Below, piece by piece: positions 50,159 to 55,196 of a DNA stretch of 55,196 nucleotides (within the stretch, counting starts at the first letter, position 1; each line of letters begins with the position of its first letter). Made by a program: the position numbers and the translations under genes. The DNA lies in assembly GCF_001194135.2 (NCBI RefSeq), contig NC_068989.1, positions 54,633,280 to 54,688,475 of the forward strand, given 5' to 3'. Origin of the DNA: Octopus bimaculoides (lineage: Eukaryota). The notes under the pieces are model-generated. The model did no database searches and was not told the DNA's origin. It saw nothing but the letters and a program-made list of their open reading frames with translations.

Positions 50159-50774
50159 ATACGTGAATGTTAAAGTTTTGAACACAATTCAACGTTTTTT
50201 TTTTTTTTCTGTTGGTTCAGACAATCGCTATATGCGAACATTTGCTTTAAAAATCTAATACGAGGATTTGAGTAATTTATATTTAAAGTTATGAGAAATG
50301 ACAGTTACATTACAATTAAATCATATTCAACTGTCTTAGAAAAGACCCACTTGATATGCAGCACCCATAAGAAAGGTCGCCTCTCGGCTTTTATTTCCTT
50401 GGTGAACTAAATGTGCGTCGCCAGACATTTACAACGCTATTGTCAGTAGTTTTTACAGCAGGCATAAACTATGAGGGAGTTTATAAACCAACTAGATAGC
50501 TTTAGCGTAGTCGTTAGACCTGCTTAAAATAGAGAGCAAGTTTCATACGCTTCTGTTTTAAAAAAAAGAAGCAAACGTTGAAAAATAAAGTAAATGTATC
50601 TTGACAGTCTTCAATGATGGGATTTCATTTGTTCAATCAACTCAAATTCTTTGCACATTGAATTGGTATGTGGCTGAGCATTCTACAAACTCGTGAACCT
50701 TAACGCAAATTTCAGGCAGAATCAGTGGGACAGTTTGTGGTAAGGTTATACATTTGGATTAAAATTCAATTCAT

Positions 50775-50930
50775 CTGATGAGTTTCTGCAGTTTCCGCTA
50801 ACCCAATTTCACTCACAAGGCTTCAGTTGAGTCAAGGCAATACTAACAGATACTGTGCGGCATTTTGGGATCGAACTCGAGAACTCATGATTGCAAAGCG
50901 AATCTCTTAAGCACTCAGCCACCCCTGTTT
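50775..50930 (-). mobile_element. SINE family C, 5' half, degraded
   Basis: CAGTTTCCGCT..CACTCACAAGGCTT..GGGATCGAACTCGAGAACTCATG..CACTCAGCCAC. Confidence 0.65.
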
Positions 50931-53129
50931 CTACAAAGAGCATTAGATAAGATACTTCCTTTGTTTATGTAAAGCTAGCATCAAATGTAATGTCTCTATA
51001 GACGCAGGACATCGATCGATCACCTTTTTCTAGATCTGTACTTGCACACACACACACACACACACACAATACATGGTGTTCATGCTCTCTATGTCTCATT
51101 CACGGTCGTACGTACCCAACCATTACGAATGATCTTGGTTTTTTACAAGTACGACCTGACTTCTCTTTTATGCCGGTGCTTAACATATAATAATTTAGCA
51201 ATAGACATAGCTAAAAAAGAGTCAATAATGGACATACATGGATTGCCATTGATCATCGATGACTTCGATTACAGCTGACTTCGATTCATTCAACAAAAAC
51301 AAAAATGTTCCGGTCGTTTCCAATTACTTCAGCCCTCTAACAACACTGGTTTGATCTTAATTTGATTTTATCAATTTTTACAAAGATAGAAAGAAAAGGA
51401 TTTATTAGGTTTATTTCTTCCTTCAAAGAATATCACAACTCCAGCCATGTGATTCGAATTCACTGATCTTCATATTGGTGACTTACCCACTAAGTTATCA
51501 GTATTCTACCCAACTTGCTTTATTTTATATATAACCTTTATACAGTCATCCAATTATTTCGTAACTCGATGGATTGATAGAAACGTTATAGAGTCAGTTA
51601 GAATATCTTGCGATATTTGTCCGGCTTTCTTTGTTCTATAGTTCAAATCTCACCGAAATTACCTTTGTCTTTTCATCGTTTTGTGATCGATAAAGTAATT
51701 GTTAAGTACTATAGGGTGGCCGATTAACATGGTCGGATAGATCAGATTGGAATAATCTTTTAAATCTCTTTGTGCTCTGAGTTCAAATGTTACCGAGGTC
51801 AACTTTGTCTTTCATCCTTTCAGAGTCGATAAATAAAGCATCAATATTGTACTGGGGTCAGTTCTTCACGCAATCATTTAAAAGATCCTTTGTCGATGGT
51901 GGTGATATTTCCGTTTTGTATCTTGCGTACGATTTTGTTTTTGGCTGCTTCTGTTGTTATTTGGGGGCGGGGGAGTGTTTCAAGTTAATTTCTAATACTT
52001 ATCTTATCCTTACTCTTCCAATAATTAGAATCTGGAAATTTCAGGATTCTCCCACACGTGAGAAGCTTCTGCACCTCGAATTCAATCTCTGACAAGTTGT
52101 GCTGTTACTATCACAGGTAAAGTGACTGGCCAATTGTTGTAGTCGTTACGCTTCTAGCTGGGAAGGGGAAAAGTAAGAGCGACAACAACTATTTTAGCTG
52201 ATCGCATTGATAATATTCCCGTCTTGGCAACCTCCGTCAAAAAATCGCTGATGATATTGCAAATGAACATGGTATAGAGCTTGGCAGAACTGTTGTTAGT
52301 AGTTGTATGTAGATCTGTCAAGAACTCGTACAAATGGGGCAAATTCATTGCTTTTCTCCTTCTAAATATTCACCGGTAGGGTGTTACTTACTTACCTCCT
52401 TTCTTCTTCCGTATCCCGCATTTCGACGCCGTGATGCTCAATTTAAAAAAGAAAATTGAGGAAGGAGTTCAGGAAACAAGAACTACTTTCAGGTATCGAT
52501 GAGAAGAAAGACACCCTTGTTTGTTTATAGGCAGTGCTGAACAAAATAATTCACGAAATTAAATGCAACAAAAGGAGGAGGAGGAGGAGGAGTGACAACT
52601 ATAACAACAAAGTGGTCGCAAAATGTTTAGTGTAAAGTGAAAATTTGCAAGCTGAAAGAAAACTCCTACTCAGAGGAGTTTCTCTCTCCAGTAACACTCT
52701 TTGTATCTAGTATGATATTGTCTTTGATATTTTATAGTTTGTGTAATATTTGTGGGAGTTAATCGACATCATAATACAAAAGCCTAATTCTATTGTTTAT
52801 GAAGAATGCTTTGTGTTTTTATGTCTATTAAAAACAAATAAATCCAAGTCAAAACATACTAGAGTCGTCTCAGTTATCTTCACCCAATATCGAAAAACAG
52901 ACGTGATGTTGTTAGTATTGTGTGTTTCATAAAATTCGGGAGGAGCAACACATTTTGAAGTTGAGTCGATAATATCGACCCCCTATTCATTATTTTATCG
53001 ACTGGTACTTCTTTTATCGATGTCTAAAAGATAAAAGAGAATTTAGACCTATATTTAGATATAATCCATTATGTTAGAGCATCAGAAGGCAAAACATCAT
53101 ATGCTATTCATTGATTAAAGGTCTTCTTC

Positions 53130-53640
53130 ACCGAGGTGTTTAAAACAAAGTTGTATATATTTATATTTAACATAGTCATGTACATTCAGATCAAGGAAAA
53201 TAACTTTCACCGCAGTAACTGTCCCAGATGGGTAAATACTCCTTATAACCTATATATACAAAAAGACATCGAGCTACCTAAAATCGTTGTATGCCTTTTG
53301 GATGGTTCTACATTTGTTGAAGGGACTGGTTACGCAATTGATAATGTTGTCGATGATATGTGTTCCTTTTCTCAGTGGAGTGGTCATGGGATTAAAGGTG
53401 TTGGCTCGTTTGACTCAAGGGTGAAAGTAAAGGTAGTGTGCACGAGAGCGGAATTTTTATGCCAGTTGACTAAAGAGACAAAATAGGGGCTGAAATTAGG
53501 TCTCGAATTTGTTGTTACGGCTGCAGCGCCGGTTGAGACGATGTAGTTGAAAGAAAGTTTAAATTGTTTTCATTCCCCGCTAACTAATCAGATCGTTGAT
53601 TTAGACGTAATCTTTGTCTTTCCTAGCGTCTATCTTGTTC
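53130..53640 (-). mobile_element. Probable decayed Penelope-like RT fragment
   Basis: NTF..HDH..KGT, FR*LD-VF (cf. FRYLDDVF), SIYPS and VIFLDLNV (cf. VPFLDL.V), with deletions between motifs. Confidence 0.4.
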
Positions 53641-53922
53641 AAGGCAGGACCCGTTTGATACACTCGTTGATATGATAGGAATGTGACTCACTTGATATAT
53701 CAATTTATTCAACCTGTCGTTGGAACTCGACTGTTGAAGGGAGATTTTCCAAGCAACATAGNNNNNNNNNNNNNNNNNNNNNNNNNNNNNNNNNNNNNNN
53801 NNNNNNNNNNNNNNNNNNNNNNNNNNNNNNNNNNNNNNNNNNNNNNNNNNNNNNNNNNNNNNNNNNNNNNNNNNNNNNNNNNNNNNNNNNNNNNNNNNNN
53901 NNNNNNNNNNNNNNNNNNNNNN

Positions 53923-54314
53923 AAATGATTAGCGGTATTTCGGCTGTCTTTACGTTCTGAGTTCAAATTCCGCCGAGGTCGACTTTACCTTTCGGGGTCA
54001 ATAAATTAAGTACCAGTCGTGTACTGGTGTCGAGCTAATCGACTGGATCCCTCCCCCAAAGTTTTGGACCTTGTGCCTAGAATAGAAAAGAATATTTAAG
54101 GCGGTGAGCTGGCAGAGATGTTAGCGCGCCGGGCGAAATGCTTAGCGGTATTTCGTCTGTCTTTACGTTTTGAGTTCAAATTCAGCCGAGGTCGACTTTA
54201 CCTTTCATCCTTTCGGGCTCGATAAATTAAGTACCAGATGCGTACTGGGGCCAATCTAATCGACTGGCCCCCTCCCTAAAAATGTTGGGCCTTGTGCCTA
54301 GAGTAGAAAAGAAT
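53923..54314 (+). mobile_element. SINE family D, tandem pair (first copy starts in the gap; second copy 54100-54314 is complete)
   Basis: ...CCTTGTGCCTAGAATAGAAAAGAATATTTAA|GGCGGTGAGCTGGCAGAG...CCTTGTGCCTAGAGTAGAAAAGAAT. Confidence 0.92.
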
Positions 54315-54899
54315 ATACTTATCCATCGCTATTCCACACTACATAAAAAAAAAAATTATGAAATGCAAGATTTTACCCCGTTGGTGTTTGAACGCAAATG
54401 ATACAGACTTGGAAAAATACTGCAGCACATTCTATCCGAAGCAGTCATTTTGTTGGCATTCATAACAATTACGCTTATTATTTCAAACTGAAGCAACAGC
54501 AGGCCAATATAGATCACATAAATACTGTAATTCTATTCATAAGTTTCTATTACACAGCGGTAAGCAGGATCTATGAGCAGTGTCAGGGAGTTAAATTTGA
54601 ATAAAGGGCATATATAACATAGCGGTCAGTTGGTTCTTATCATTAAATGTCAAACAAGAAGGAGGGGAGGGAAACAGGTTCACTGACTCATCTGGCAAGA
54701 TTTCTAATACCACGGGAATTGATTTGGTTTCGTATCTCTTCGACGGAGTGCGAACTGTGTGTGAGTATGAGATGGTGGGTTGGTAGAATCGTTGGAGCAA
54801 CGGACTAAATACATTGTGCTTTTTAGTTCTGATCATTTGCTATGTGGAACCGATCTACGAACAAAAGCCATTCCACTTGTGATGATCCTGAGTTTTTTA

Positions 54900-55196
54900 C
54901 AAGGGCGAGTCAAAAATTATCCGCACTCCTGTTTTTTCAATGTATTTGCACAAAAGCAGGGGATAAACAAGTACGCCATTTTTCTATATAGTCTCCTTCC
55001 TTTCTGATGCACTTGGTCCAGTGGTCCACAAGCTTGCGTATTTCCTCCAAGAAGAAGGTTTTCGGTTGGTCGTGCAACCATTTTTACACCTCTTCCTTCA
55101 CATCTTCACCCGTAGGAAATCAACGACCTCGTAAGCCATCTTCGAGCGGTCCAAAGATATGATAGACGGAAGGGGCGATATCTGGGTTATAGACTG
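54900..55196 (-). mobile_element. mariner (DD34D-type) transposon 3' end, continuing beyond the window
   Basis: TA (54898-54899) followed by TIR CAAGGGCGAGTCAAAAATTATCCGCAC. Minus-strand YNPDIAPSVYHIFGPLEDGLRGR*F...V*KWLHDQPKTFFLEEIRKLVDHWTKCIRKEGDYIEK (cf. YSPDLAPSDYHLF). Confidence 0.9.

Noticed and set aside
51870-52150. Possible Penelope RT N-terminal remnant (NGNITTIDKG)
   Set aside because: A single weak motif, in the wrong order relative to the 53.1-53.6 kb fragment.

Overview
This is eukaryotic, AT-rich, repeat-saturated DNA from a gapped short-read assembly, with 10 N-runs. The tRNA-headed SINE families and dense (CA)n/(TA)n/(CATA)n/trinucleotide microsatellites look like Octopus (coleoid cephalopod) genomic DNA; that assignment is from recall, not a search. 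I find no intact protein-coding gene and no real tRNA or rRNA gene. Nearly all supplied ORFs are microsatellite translations or N-gap artefacts. The recognisable coding remnants are all decayed transposons. DNA transposons: an internally deleted Helitron with both ends (1633-3500, -), a second Helitron helicase fragment, a DD37D maT transposon, a DD34D mariner end and a hAT MITE. Retrotransposons: two R4-type RLE non-LTR elements, three RTE/BovB-like pieces, L2/CR1-like LINE relics and Penelope-like fragments. More than 25 SINE copies fall into four families, which I label A-D. I cannot demonstrate a new biological system. The best leads are: (i) an RLE retrotransposon embedded in (CATA)n on both sides, a possible (CATA)n-targeting element, next to an RTE whose tail is (CATA)n; (ii) degenerate hammerhead-ribozyme-like motifs, one directly upstream of a Penelope fragment; (iii) modular and tandem SINE architecture; (iv) a perfect 22-bp hairpin; (v) a few isolated candidate exons of an unidentified long-intron gene.
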